From a virus (lineage: Duplodnaviria; Caudoviricetes), in IMG/VR virus record IMGVR_UViG_3300011334_000066, positions 1 through 27,108 of that record: a stretch of 27,108 bases of DNA. One strand, 5' to 3'. The notes below the pieces were generated by a model, which was not told the DNA's origin, ran no database searches, and saw nothing but the letters and a program-made list of their open reading frames with translations. This document shows, piece after piece, positions 1 to 9,109 of this stretch. The number at the start of each line of letters is the position of its first letter. Positions within the stretch are counted from its first letter, which is position 1. Both the position numbers and the translations under genes were made by a program.

Positions 1-2
1 AA

Positions 3-1331
3 AATCCCGCAGTTGGTCAAAACTTTGGTCAAGGCATAACTGCTCAAAATGCCGCTAATGCGTCCGTGGCTCAAAACTTTGGTCAGGGCATGACCGCATC
101 TAATGCGGCAAATGCTGCACTTGCGCAAAATCAAAATGCGGCACTGCAACAACAAGCGGCTGCAAACCAAGCTCAAGCGCAACAATACGGTCAAGCACAA
201 AGTAATGCACAATTTGCCAATCAAGCCCAATTGTCAGGATTTGGTGCAAATCTGCAAAATCAACAAGCTCAAAACCAAGCCATTGCGCAGAATTCAGCGC
301 AAGGATTAGCCCAACAACAAGCATTTAATGCGGCAGTTGGTCAGAACTTTGGTCAAAACTTGCAAAATCAGCAAGCCTACAATGCCGCAATTGGTCAGAA
401 TTACCAACAAGGTATGGGAACGCAAGCGGCTCAAAATCAAGCGGCTGCACAGAATTTTGGTCAAAACGTAACTAATCAACAGTTGGCAAATCAAGCTACT
501 GCGCAAAACTTTGGTCAAAACGTGACCAATCAACAATTAGCAAACGCTGCCGTTGCCCAAAACTTTGGTCAAAACGTGACTAATCAGCAACTTGGAAATC
601 AAGCTACACAGCAGAATTTCAACAATGCGTTGGCTACACAACAGGCTCAAAACCAAGCACTTGCACAGAACTTTGGTCAGAACGTAACAAGCCAACAACT
701 TGCAAATGCGGCTGCGGCTCAAAACTATCAACAAGGCATGGGGACGCAATCAGCGCAAAACCAAGCACTTGCTCAAAATCAAGCCACTGCCGCGCAACAA
801 CAACAATTGGCTAATGCCGCAGTGCTTCAGCAATACAACCAAAACCTTGGAAGTTCGCAGTTTAGTAACAATGCGGCTTTGCAAGCTCTGCAAGCCCAAC
901 TCACATTGCGTAATCAACCTTTGAATGAAATCACGGGCTTGATGAGTGGCTCACAATTGCAAATGCCTCAGTTCCAAGGTTACAACCCAACGAATATTGC
1001 CCCCGCCCCCGTGTTTGCGGGTGCGCAAGCGCAAGGTGCGGCTAATATGCAAAACTATGGCATCCAACAATCTGGTGCTAATGCCGCAACAAGCGGTTTG
1101 TTTAGCCTTGCGGGTGCGGCAGCTCCTTTAATGTTCTCTGACCGCAAACTCAAGTCAAACATTGAGCGCATTGGCACTCACAAACTTGGCATCGGTCTTT
1201 ATGAATATGACATCTTTGGCAAACGTCAACAAGGTGTAATGGCAGATGAGGCTGAGAAAGTCATGCCTGAAGCTGTCGTAACGCACCCAAGCGGTTACAA
1301 AATGGTCAATTACGGTTTATTGAACGGGTAA
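3..1331 (+). CDS. Q/N-rich repeat virion (ejection/pilot-like) protein with C-terminal peptidase S74 intramolecular chaperone; 5'-truncated
   Basis: The frame is open from position 3 (NPAVGQNFGQG...), so the real start lies upstream of the window. It has 18-aa QNFGQ repeats. The C-terminus FSDRKLKSNIERIG...GVMADEAEKVMPEAV...GYKMVNY matches the endosialidase-chaperone (S74) pattern. Confidence 0.75.
   Translation, partial: NPAVGQNFGQGITAQNAANASVAQNFGQGMTASNAANAALAQNQNAALQQQAAANQAQAQQYGQAQSNAQFANQAQLSGFGANLQNQQAQNQAIAQNSAQGLAQQQAFNAAVGQNFGQNLQNQQAYNAAIGQNYQQGMGTQAAQNQAAAQNFGQNVTNQQLANQATAQNFGQNVTNQQLANAAVAQNFGQNVTNQQLGNQATQQNFNNALATQQAQNQALAQNFGQNVTSQQLANAAAAQNYQQGMGTQSAQNQALAQNQATAAQQQQLANAAVLQQYNQNLGSSQFSNNAALQALQAQLTLRNQPLNEITGLMSGSQLQMPQFQGYNPTNIAPAPVFAGAQAQGAANMQNYGIQQSGANAATSGLFSLAGAAAPLMFSDRKLKSNIERIGTHKLGIGLYEYDIFGKRQQGVMADEAEKVMPEAVVTHPSGYKMVNYGLLNG
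12..860 (+). repeat. Degenerate 54-bp (18-codon) coding tandem repeat
   Basis: CARAAYTTTGGTCARAAC recurs at 54-bp spacing, clearest at about 447-608 (AQNFGQNVTNQQLANQAT/AQNFGQNVTNQQLANAAV/AQNFGQNVTNQQLGNQAT). Confidence 0.85.
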
Positions 1332-1335
1332 AAAC

Positions 1336-2940
1336 ATGGCTAATCAATACGAACAATTTAATGTTGCCAACCCTTATCAGTTGCAACAACAAGAGTTGGA
1401 TCGACGCCAAAAAATGGCTGAGATTCTTCAACAACAAGCATTTGAGCCTGTTCAAGCGGGTTCATACCAAGGCATCCAAGCCCCAATTAGCCCCGTTCAA
1501 GGTTTGGCTAAAGTGCTTCAAATGTACTTGTCAAACAAGAATCAAGAGGGTTTGAAATCAGAGCAAAAAGCATTGGGTGAGCAATACCGTGCTGATACAT
1601 CCTCTGACATTCAACGATTGATTCAAGGCTTGCAAGGCCAAGCGGCTACGCCCGAAATGAAGCAAGAGCCAACGGCAAGGGATTTTGAAGATAATCCAAA
1701 CCTTGCGCCAACATTTGCGCAAATGCAACCTGACCAACAAAGGGCAATGACCATGCCCGCTATGCCCGCAAAGGCAGCGGGTGCAATTGACCCATCGATG
1801 ATTGGTGACTTTAAAACGCCTGGTATGCAACAACAAGCTCTAAATATGTACATGAGCCAACTTGCACCTAAAGCGCCTATAGTGCTTAAAGAAGGTGAAG
1901 TTGCATACAATCCAACAACATATGCAGAAATGTTTAAAGGCGGTACAAAGTCTCCTTTTGGCAATGTTAACCCCGCCTCATTCACGCCCGCTAGTTTGAA
2001 AGCGTTTAGTGAAGGTGGTGGTAAAGACTTTTCCATATTAGTACCCGCAGTTGGCGCAGATACTCAAGCAAGATTGACGCAAGAAGCATCATTAAGTGCA
2101 GACAGATTGAAACAAGAGCGTGAAATTTCTGATCGTGCATTTAACAATTTAAGTGCAAATCAGAAGGCGTCTCTTGCTAATGAAGGTGCAAGACTTAATA
2201 TCAGTGCTGCTGATCTTTTCTTCAACACTGGAATGAAAGCGGGCGGTGCGCCTAACATAGCTCAAACAACTGCGCAGCCTATGGCTCAACCCGTTGCACA
2301 ACCTATGGCGCAACCCCTTGCACAACCTGCTATGCAAGCGCCCGCACCACTGGCTATGCAACCCCAAGCTAGACCTATTGCACCGCCTGTAGCCCCTGTG
2401 TCGCCTAATCAAGCCTTGGCTAATGCTTTGTCGCCAAAAGCTCACCAAGAGTTGCAAGTTGCCCCATTAAAAGGCCAACAAGAAGCGGCACAAGGATTGC
2501 CACAAGTTATGCAACAAGGTCAGACTTTGATTAGCACAATTGATAAAATGATTGGCATAAAAGGTGCGGATGGCAAAGTTCTAATTCCTGAGCACAAAGG
2601 TTTGAAAGATGTTGTCGGCACAACCATCCCGTTTGAATACAAGCCATTCCAAGGCGGTACACAAGGCGCTGACTTTAAAGCCATGTATGACCAAGTTAAG
2701 GGTGGCGCTTTCCTTGAGGCGGTTCAACGCATGAAGGGAAGTGGCGCAATTTCCGAGATTGAGGGAACTAAGGCCACAGCCGCATTGACAGAAGCCTCAA
2801 CAGCGCAGTCTCCCGATGCGTTTAGAAGCGCAATGTCCAAGTTTAGAGAGGCCATCCAAACAGGCATGGACAATGCGGCAACCAAAGCGGGCAAGGGGCG
2901 AATTCCGACTTACAATCCCGCAACAGGAAGGGTTGAATAA
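1336..2940 (+). CDS. Putative internal virion/DNA ejection protein
   Basis: 534 aa, rich in Q/A/G/M, no Cys or Trp, with an AQP[MVL] repeat linker. Lies between the pilot-like gene and the tail fibre, as podovirus ejection genes do. Confidence 0.6.
   Translation: MANQYEQFNVANPYQLQQQELDRRQKMAEILQQQAFEPVQAGSYQGIQAPISPVQGLAKVLQMYLSNKNQEGLKSEQKALGEQYRADTSSDIQRLIQGLQGQAATPEMKQEPTARDFEDNPNLAPTFAQMQPDQQRAMTMPAMPAKAAGAIDPSMIGDFKTPGMQQQALNMYMSQLAPKAPIVLKEGEVAYNPTTYAEMFKGGTKSPFGNVNPASFTPASLKAFSEGGGKDFSILVPAVGADTQARLTQEASLSADRLKQEREISDRAFNNLSANQKASLANEGARLNISAADLFFNTGMKAGGAPNIAQTTAQPMAQPVAQPMAQPLAQPAMQAPAPLAMQPQARPIAPPVAPVSPNQALANALSPKAHQELQVAPLKGQQEAAQGLPQVMQQGQTLISTIDKMIGIKGADGKVLIPEHKGLKDVVGTTIPFEYKPFQGGTQGADFKAMYDQVKGGAFLEAVQRMKGSGAISEIEGTKATAALTEASTAQSPDAFRSAMSKFREAIQTGMDNAATKAGKGRIPTYNPATGRVE
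2272..2331 (+). repeat. 12-bp coding repeat (AQPM/AQPV/AQPL) linker
   Basis: GCNCARCCN-NTN units encode AQPMAQPVAQPMAQPLAQPA. Confidence 0.75.
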
Positions 2941-4979
2941 TGTCTGAAGCATTTAAAACTGTAGAGATTCCCAATTTTGGGCCTGTTAACTTTCCCGTCA
3001 CCATGTCGGATGACCAAGTTAATGCTGCAATTTTTAAGATTACACAAACCCCAAAATCTCAACCCGCAGTAGATCAAACAGTTGAATCCCCTGCAATGGT
3101 GCAAGGCCGACAAGCTGATTTGTCCTTGCCAAGCAAAATGGGTTTGGCAGCGGCTCAAGGTTTAACCTTTAACTTTGCACCAAAGATTGCGGGTGCGGGC
3201 GCAGCGGGAATGGACATCTTGCAACGTGGTTTTGATTCCACTCCGACTGAAACTTACGCAAATACCCGTGATTACATCAAAGGCGTAAATGAACAATTTA
3301 GGGAAACCAATCCTAAAACGGCATTTGCAAGTGAAGTAGTTGGTGGGTTGCCACTTTTGCTCACACCTTTGGGAATGCCAAGCAAAGCCAAACAAACGGC
3401 AGACGCATTGTCAGCGGCTGAAAAAATGTCAATGGCGGCAAAAATGGCGGGTACGCAAGGCACTATTTCTGCCGTTGGCGCATCTGACATCAACCCCGTC
3501 ACTAACCCCACAGAATATTCTCAAGATATTGCCAAAAAAGGGGCAATTGCTGCGGCCTCGGGCGGTGTTTTATCAGGCACAGGGCAAGGCATTTACAACG
3601 TGGGTAGCAATGTTGCACAGCGTTACATCCCCGAAAGTGCCAAAGATGCGGCACGAATTAAACTTGCTCAAGCCTTACAACGTGGATCAAGTGCGGATGG
3701 TTCAAACACCGGGTTAAGCCGTGTTGAGCGTGAACTGGGATTGAACCCTAATGCAATCATTGCGCAAGCGGGTGGCCCAAGTGCGTTGGCTCAGTTGGAT
3801 GTGTTGGCATCGATGCCAGGCCAAGCAAAAACGCTTGTAGAACGCAGAATTCGTGAGCAACAGATGTTTAGACCCGAACGCCTTGCAAATGCGGCAGATG
3901 AGGCTTTAGGCACTCAAGGTAAAGGTTTCACTGCCACATTAGAAGCGTTGACTGCGCTTAAAAAAGCAGAATCTACGCCTTTATACAAAAAACTTGAAAA
4001 CGTGTCTGTCAGAATTGACGATGATTTGCAAAAATTGATTCAAGCCTCAACGTCTGCGCATGGTAAAGCCGAGTTGTTAACTCAATTGAAGCAAGAGTTG
4101 CCAATTGATATTTCCAAGCTCAAAGCGGGCGATGATGTCCCACTTAAAGTCTTGGATGTTGTTAAACAATCACTTTATGACTTGGGTGAATCGGCCCGTG
4201 GTGAGTTTGGCAAAGCAACAAACACAAGCCGAGCCTATGATGATTTGCGGGTTTCATTGACAAAGAAACTTGAAGCCTTATCGCCTAAAAACGAAAACGG
4301 CTCAATTTACCGTCAAGCGTTGGATGCGTATGCAGGGCCATCACAACTAGGCAATGCCGTGGTCAAGGGCAGAACCGCCATGAAGCAAGACGATATTGCA
4401 TTGTCCGACTTGATGAGCAATATGTCGAGAAGCGAACTTGAGGCTTTTCGCATAGGTGCGTTGCAGTCTTTAAAAGACAAAGTTGGTACAGAAGCGGGTC
4501 AAACTTCATTGCTCAAGATGTGGAAAGAACCCGCAACAAGTAACAGGCTCAAAGAGATATTTGGCGACAACTATCAAAAGTTTGCTCAAGAAGTTGCCAA
4601 AGAAGCTAGATTGAAACCATTGGAGCAAGTTGGTCGAGGCTCGGGGACTTTCTCTAGGATGGCGGGCGCTGAAGATTTGGGAGTTATGCCAACCACAATG
4701 GCAGCGGGCAAGGCGGTGGCAAATGCGGCAACGGGCAACCCAATGGCGGCTATGGGTGAAGCAACAAATGTCAAAAACAGGATTGGTCAAGTAATCAATC
4801 AAATGCCCGAGACAACGCGCAATGAACTAGCTAAAATGTTGTTGTTGCGTGGGCCAACGGGACAATCAGAAGTAGAAAAAACAGCGGCATTGATTCGTGC
4901 TTTAAATCAACGATCAACGCAAATGCAAACGGGTGCTGGCTCAATAATTGGGCAAAACCTTGACCAATACGGAAGATAA
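2940..4979 (+). CDS. Putative large DNA ejection/internal virion protein
   Basis: 679 aa, Ala/Gly-rich and helical, no Cys. TAATG coupling to the upstream gene. The position is typical of ejection proteins. Confidence 0.6.
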   Translation: MSEAFKTVEIPNFGPVNFPVTMSDDQVNAAIFKITQTPKSQPAVDQTVESPAMVQGRQADLSLPSKMGLAAAQGLTFNFAPKIAGAGAAGMDILQRGFDSTPTETYANTRDYIKGVNEQFRETNPKTAFASEVVGGLPLLLTPLGMPSKAKQTADALSAAEKMSMAAKMAGTQGTISAVGASDINPVTNPTEYSQDIAKKGAIAAASGGVLSGTGQGIYNVGSNVAQRYIPESAKDAARIKLAQALQRGSSADGSNTGLSRVERELGLNPNAIIAQAGGPSALAQLDVLASMPGQAKTLVERRIREQQMFRPERLANAADEALGTQGKGFTATLEALTALKKAESTPLYKKLENVSVRIDDDLQKLIQASTSAHGKAELLTQLKQELPIDISKLKAGDDVPLKVLDVVKQSLYDLGESARGEFGKATNTSRAYDDLRVSLTKKLEALSPKNENGSIYRQALDAYAGPSQLGNAVVKGRTAMKQDDIALSDLMSNMSRSELEAFRIGALQSLKDKVGTEAGQTSLLKMWKEPATSNRLKEIFGDNYQKFAQEVAKEARLKPLEQVGRGSGTFSRMAGAEDLGVMPTTMAAGKAVANAATGNPMAAMGEATNVKNRIGQVINQMPETTRNELAKMLLLRGPTGQSEVEKTAALIRALNQRSTQMQTGAGSIIGQNLDQYGR

Positions 4980-4988
4980 GGACACAAA

Positions 4989-5930
4989 ATGAGTTACAAC
5001 GGTTCAGGCACGTTCAATATCAACACAGCGGGTCAACCCGTTGTTACAGGCACAACCATCACTAGCACGGCATTTAATTTGCTGACTGCTGACTTGGCTA
5101 CGGGTTTAACTACCGCGTTGACTAAAGATGGACAAACTACACCCACGGCAAACATCCCTATGGGGACGTTCAAAATTACAGGTTTGGGTGCGGGTTCTGC
5201 CGCAACCGATGCGGCTCAATATGGTCAATTGCAAGCGGGTGCAACCACTATTGCAACGGTTTCAGGCACAGACACATTGACGGGTTCTTTAACGCCCGCT
5301 ATTACTGCTTATGCCACAGGCAATTTGTTTTCTTTTGTTGCGGTTGCTACAAATACGGGGGCAACCACAATTAACCTAAACAGTTTGGGTGCTAAAAGCA
5401 TTACAAAATCAGGAACAACCGCTTTGGCTGCGGGTGATCTTGTAATTGGTCAAGTTTATTTGATTGAATACGATGGAACTCGGTTTCAATTGATTAACCC
5501 ATCAACTACAACTCCATCAGGTATTTTGCCAATTGCTAATGGTGGCACAGGCACTACAGGAACAACAGCAAATTTAACTGTTGATGGCACTAATGCCGTT
5601 GGGTTTTTAAACATTCCACAAAACAGTCAATCTGCTGCTTATACATTGGTTTTGGCTGATGCTGGTAAGCACATATTTCACCCATCAGGTGATGCTAATG
5701 CTAGAACATACACAATCCCTGCAAATAGTTCCGTTGCTTATCCAATTGGAACTGCTATCACGTTTATTAACATGACAAGCCAAGTGGTAACAATTGCAAT
5801 TACAACTGACACCATGTATCTTTCTTCTGCTGGCACAACTGGATCACGCAGTTTGGCTCAATATGGGTCAGCAACTGCAATTAAAATGACATCAACAACT
5901 TGGTTAATTTCGGGGAGTGGATTGACATGA
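4989..5930 (+). CDS. Tail fibre protein
   Basis: Thr/Gly-rich beta-type sequence. Contains podovirus fibre N-terminal motifs (DGQTTPTANIPMG..KITGLG, TGATTININSLGAKSITK-like) and the LPIANGGTG fibre joint motif. Confidence 0.8.
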   Translation: MSYNGSGTFNINTAGQPVVTGTTITSTAFNLLTADLATGLTTALTKDGQTTPTANIPMGTFKITGLGAGSAATDAAQYGQLQAGATTIATVSGTDTLTGSLTPAITAYATGNLFSFVAVATNTGATTINLNSLGAKSITKSGTTALAAGDLVIGQVYLIEYDGTRFQLINPSTTTPSGILPIANGGTGTTGTTANLTVDGTNAVGFLNIPQNSQSAAYTLVLADAGKHIFHPSGDANARTYTIPANSSVAYPIGTAITFINMTSQVVTIAITTDTMYLSSAGTTGSRSLAQYGSATAIKMTSTTWLISGSGLT

Positions 5931-6571
5931 GTGGCGCACTACAAGCTGTTTTTCAAAATCAAAGGTCGTTTATTATTCCACTTCCAGCCGCCATTGGCGA
6001 CGCATTTGGTGGTGGGTTTTTTGCTGGTCAAATTTCAACCGCAGGGAATGGGGTTGCAGATTACAACCTTGTTGTTGGCCCTGTAGCGTCTGCACAAAGC
6101 ACATTGCAATGGAAAATAGTAAACACATCAACTGCTGGAACTACATCAAATATTGATGGCCCTGCTAACAGTGCGGCAATGAATAATGTAACTCATCCCG
6201 CTGCACAATTCTGTGAAGGTCTTACGATTGGTGGATTTTCAGACTGGTATATGCCTGCAAATAATGAAGTTGAAGTGTGTTATTACAACCTCAAACCAAC
6301 AACTACAGCAAACTTTACTTCATCAGGTATAAACCCAAATGCAGTGCCTGCTAGAGCTAGTCAATACACTTCTGGCAATCCTGCACAAACTTCCGCTGCG
6401 GCGTTTAAGATAACTACTGGCGCAGAAGCGTTTTCAGCAACTATTTATTGGTCTAGTACACAAAATTCTGCAACTTATGGCAAGTTTCAAAGTTTTGACT
6501 ATGGATCACAAGCCAATTTTTATAAAAATCTTTCATATGGTGTTCGAGCCATTCGTAGAGTTGCAGTTTAA
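5927..6571 (+). CDS. Putative adhesin/receptor-binding protein, DUF1566 (Lcl C-terminal, C-type-lectin-like fold)
   Basis: Motifs AAQFCEGLTIGGFSDWYMP..E, YWSST and terminal VRAIRR. ATGA overlap with the fibre gene gives start 5927. Confidence 0.7.
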   Translation: MSGALQAVFQNQRSFIIPLPAAIGDAFGGGFFAGQISTAGNGVADYNLVVGPVASAQSTLQWKIVNTSTAGTTSNIDGPANSAAMNNVTHPAAQFCEGLTIGGFSDWYMPANNEVEVCYYNLKPTTTANFTSSGINPNAVPARASQYTSGNPAQTSAAAFKITTGAEAFSATIYWSSTQNSATYGKFQSFDYGSQANFYKNLSYGVRAIRRVAV

Positions 6572-6591
6572 ATTTTTAAAGTAGCATAAAA

Positions 6592-7023
6592 ATGTTTATT
6601 TGTGTAACAGAAGTAGATCAAAACACCTGTATCCCTTGCACTGTTGAGCCACAGCGCACAGGGCCATCTATGCCTGCCATCAAGGGCTTAAAAATAGTAT
6701 GGCAAGACAAATCCACATGGCCAGTTGAACTAGCCTCAGACGGTACTTATTTACGTGCGCCTAAATACTATGGTACTTGCGATGACGATGCTGATACTAC
6801 TATTGCTGGTGTCTTGCAAGTCTTGACTGAAACAGAGTACAACGCACTCAGAGTTACAGAGCATGAAGCCACTAAGCCTTATCCATCTTGGATTGGTTAC
6901 TTGGACACAATGAGTTGGTCTGCGCCTGTAGCCCGTCCTATAGACGCAGTGATAAATGGTGGTAATGTTAGATATCGGTGGGATGAAGCCACAGTCAATT
7001 GGGTTGCACAAGTTCAAGCATGA
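6592..7023 (+). CDS. Tail-fibre-associated (assembly chaperone-like) protein
   Basis: The C-terminal PYPSW...W.APV.RP...Y.WDE...W motif is typical of small proteins next to phage fibres. Confidence 0.5.
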   Translation: MFICVTEVDQNTCIPCTVEPQRTGPSMPAIKGLKIVWQDKSTWPVELASDGTYLRAPKYYGTCDDDADTTIAGVLQVLTETEYNALRVTEHEATKPYPSWIGYLDTMSWSAPVARPIDAVINGGNVRYRWDEATVNWVAQVQA

Positions 7024-7841
7024 AAGAGTTTTTCTTTATTTCAGGTTTGCCAAGGTCAGGCTCAACCCTGCTTTCGGCTATCTTGCGACAGAACCCTGAG
7101 TTCTATGCAGATATTTCCTCACCCGTACAAGGCTTGGTTACATCAACCATCAATGTTATTACTGGAAGTGAGAGCAACCACACAATAGATGAAGATAGAC
7201 GTAGGCACATCCTCAAGTCAATATTCAATTCGTTTTACGAATTAGTCACCCCAAGCACAGTATTTGACACTAGCAGGGGATGGACTTCTAAGACTTCTTT
7301 ATTGAAAGACTTGTACCCACAGACAAAGATTATTTGCTGTGTGCGTGACTTGCCTTGGATACTTGATAGCTTTGAGCGTATTTCTGCCAAAAACTCTTTA
7401 TATGGTGCGGCATTAACAGATGATGAATCACGGCAAACAGTCACTACAAGATGTGATGCTTTGATGGATGTAAAGAAAGAAGGCCAAGTTGTTAAACCTT
7501 ATTATTTTTTAGAAGAAGGTTTATTGTTAAACCCCAACATGATTATGTTGGTTGAATATGAATCCCTATGCAAACAACCTGAGAGTGTGATGCAGGAGTT
7601 ATATGGGTTTATTGGTAAACCTTACTTTGACCATGACTTTAAAAATGTTGAGTATGATAACGAAGTGTTTGACAAAGCCTTAAATATGAAAAGTCTGCAC
7701 ACAGTAAGGAAAGAAGTGACATGGCAAGAACGCCCGTCAATCTTGCCAAAATCTGTGTGGGAGAAGTATTCAGGAAAAGAGTTTTGGCGCACATCCGCAC
7801 CCGAGTTTTCAATGAAACAACTTTATAAGGTTAAGGGATGA
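7020..7841 (+). CDS. Sulfotransferase family protein (PAPS-dependent)
   Basis: 5'-PSB loop ISGLPRSGSTLL, 3'-PB motif KIICCVRD...S, and YESLCKQPE..M..LY.FIG. ATGA overlap gives start 7020. Confidence 0.85.
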   Translation: MKEFFFISGLPRSGSTLLSAILRQNPEFYADISSPVQGLVTSTINVITGSESNHTIDEDRRRHILKSIFNSFYELVTPSTVFDTSRGWTSKTSLLKDLYPQTKIICCVRDLPWILDSFERISAKNSLYGAALTDDESRQTVTTRCDALMDVKKEGQVVKPYYFLEEGLLLNPNMIMLVEYESLCKQPESVMQELYGFIGKPYFDHDFKNVEYDNEVFDKALNMKSLHTVRKEVTWQERPSILPKSVWEKYSGKEFWRTSAPEFSMKQLYKVKG

Positions 7842-8281
7842 AAATCTTAATCATGGGTTTGCCTGGCGCTGGCAAAACAACCCTTGCTGAAGCCTTGGCA
7901 AGAGAGCTGCAATGCGCCCACTTTAACGCTGATGAAATCCGCAAGGAAATCAACAAAGACCTTGGCTTTAGCGTATCTGATCGTCTTGAGCAAGCAAGGC
8001 GTATGGGTGTTCTTTGTGACATCGTAAGCCGTCATGGTGCTTATGTCATTGCTGACTTTGTTTGCCCAACACCCGAAGCCCGTGAAGCATTTAACGCTGA
8101 CTTTACTGTTTGGGTTGATCGTATTCAAGAGGGCAGATTTGAAGATACAAATAAATTGTTTGTACCGCCTGAAAAGTACGATGCCCGAATCAATGGCCCT
8201 TGGGGTATGCAGTATTACGCTGAAGAATTAGCCCGTAGGATTAACCCTAAAGTTAGACCATCTCTGTATAGTGTAGGGTAA
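7838..8281 (+). CDS. cysC: Adenylyl-sulfate (APS) kinase-like protein, short phage form
   Basis: P-loop GLPGAGKTTLA plus CysC signatures NADEIR..INKDLGFS..DR.EQARR and DFVCPT...R. Lacks the usual DPKGLY lid. Confidence 0.7.
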   Translation: MKILIMGLPGAGKTTLAEALARELQCAHFNADEIRKEINKDLGFSVSDRLEQARRMGVLCDIVSRHGAYVIADFVCPTPEAREAFNADFTVWVDRIQEGRFEDTNKLFVPPEKYDARINGPWGMQYYAEELARRINPKVRPSLYSVG

Positions 8282-8283
8282 AT

Positions 8284-8487
8284 ATGTCTGACATTGATTT
8301 AGTCAAATATGGCGTTCTTTGGCAAAAAGTTGAATCTATGGAAGCCAAGATTGATAAAATGGAAGCCCAACTCGAAACGCTGATTGAATTGGCTAACAAA
8401 GGCCGTGGCGGCTTTTGGATGGGTATGGCGTTTGTCTCTGCAACTTCTACAGTTCTTGGGTATATTTCACACTATTGGTCAAAATGA
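8284..8487 (+). CDS. Small coiled-coil protein with C-terminal TM helix (XhlA/holin-like)
   Basis: Heptad segment followed by ANKGRGGFWMGMAFVSATSTVLGY hydrophobic helix. First gene of the lysis region. Confidence 0.55.
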   Translation: MSDIDLVKYGVLWQKVESMEAKIDKMEAQLETLIELANKGRGGFWMGMAFVSATSTVLGYISHYWSK

Positions 8488-8624
8488 AATGGGCGGTTGC
8501 GATTGTTTTAATACTTTCGCAAGCCTCATCTACAGAGTATCGATGTGTTCGGTGGGCATGGACGGGTGATGTATATAACCGCAAAGTTGTTTGCCTACAG
8601 TGGGAAAAGGTTGTACGGAAATGA
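8484..8624 (+). CDS. Small exported peptide with two Cys (46 aa)
   Basis: MKWAVAIVLILSQASSTEYRCVRWAWTGDVYNRKVVCLQWEKVVRK. ATGA overlaps at both ends; signal-peptide-like N-terminus. Confidence 0.55.
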   Translation: MKWAVAIVLILSQASSTEYRCVRWAWTGDVYNRKVVCLQWEKVVRK

Positions 8625-9109
8625 TAGACCAAGAGACAGTTAAAAAGTTGTTTCACTATGATGCTGAAAGCGGTATGCTACTTTGGCGTAATGGTAATGG
8701 GCGTAATGTTAAACCTTGGCAAGAAGTAAAAGCTAAAAATAGTCATGGTTATTACACTGCCAAAATACATGGGAAGTGTTATTTGGCTCATCGACTTGCG
8801 TGGCTTTATGTGCATGGAAGTTTTCCAGACAAATACATAGACCATAAAAACAGAATTAGAAATGACAACAGACTTTGTAATTTGCGTGATGTAAATACAA
8901 CAGATAACGCACAAAATATTTCATTGCCAAATCACAACACAAGTGGTCACATTGGCGTGTCATGGATAAAAAGCCACAATGCTTGGACTGTATATATTAA
9001 AGTAAACCAAAAGAACAAATGGCTTGGTTATTACAAAAATTTAGATAATGCGGTAACGGCCCGAAAAGAGGGTGAACAACAATATTACAATTTGCCACTG
9101 GTAACATAA
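8621..9109 (+). CDS. HNH homing endonuclease with AP2-like DNA-binding domain
   Basis: AHRLAWLYVHG..P...IDHKNRIRNDNRLCNLR (HNH_3) followed by NTSGHIGVSW...W...I.V..K...LGYY (AP2). Locally AT-rich. Confidence 0.9.
   Translation: MIDQETVKKLFHYDAESGMLLWRNGNGRNVKPWQEVKAKNSHGYYTAKIHGKCYLAHRLAWLYVHGSFPDKYIDHKNRIRNDNRLCNLRDVNTTDNAQNISLPNHNTSGHIGVSWIKSHNAWTVYIKVNQKNKWLGYYKNLDNAVTARKEGEQQYYNLPLVT

Noticed and set aside
12-860. CRISPR-like periodic repeat
   Set aside because: The repeats are in-frame and vary at synonymous positions, with no unique spacers and no cas genes. This is a coding repeat.
5927-6571. Complete diversity-generating retroelement
   Set aside because: No reverse transcriptase, Avd or template repeat is seen in the window.
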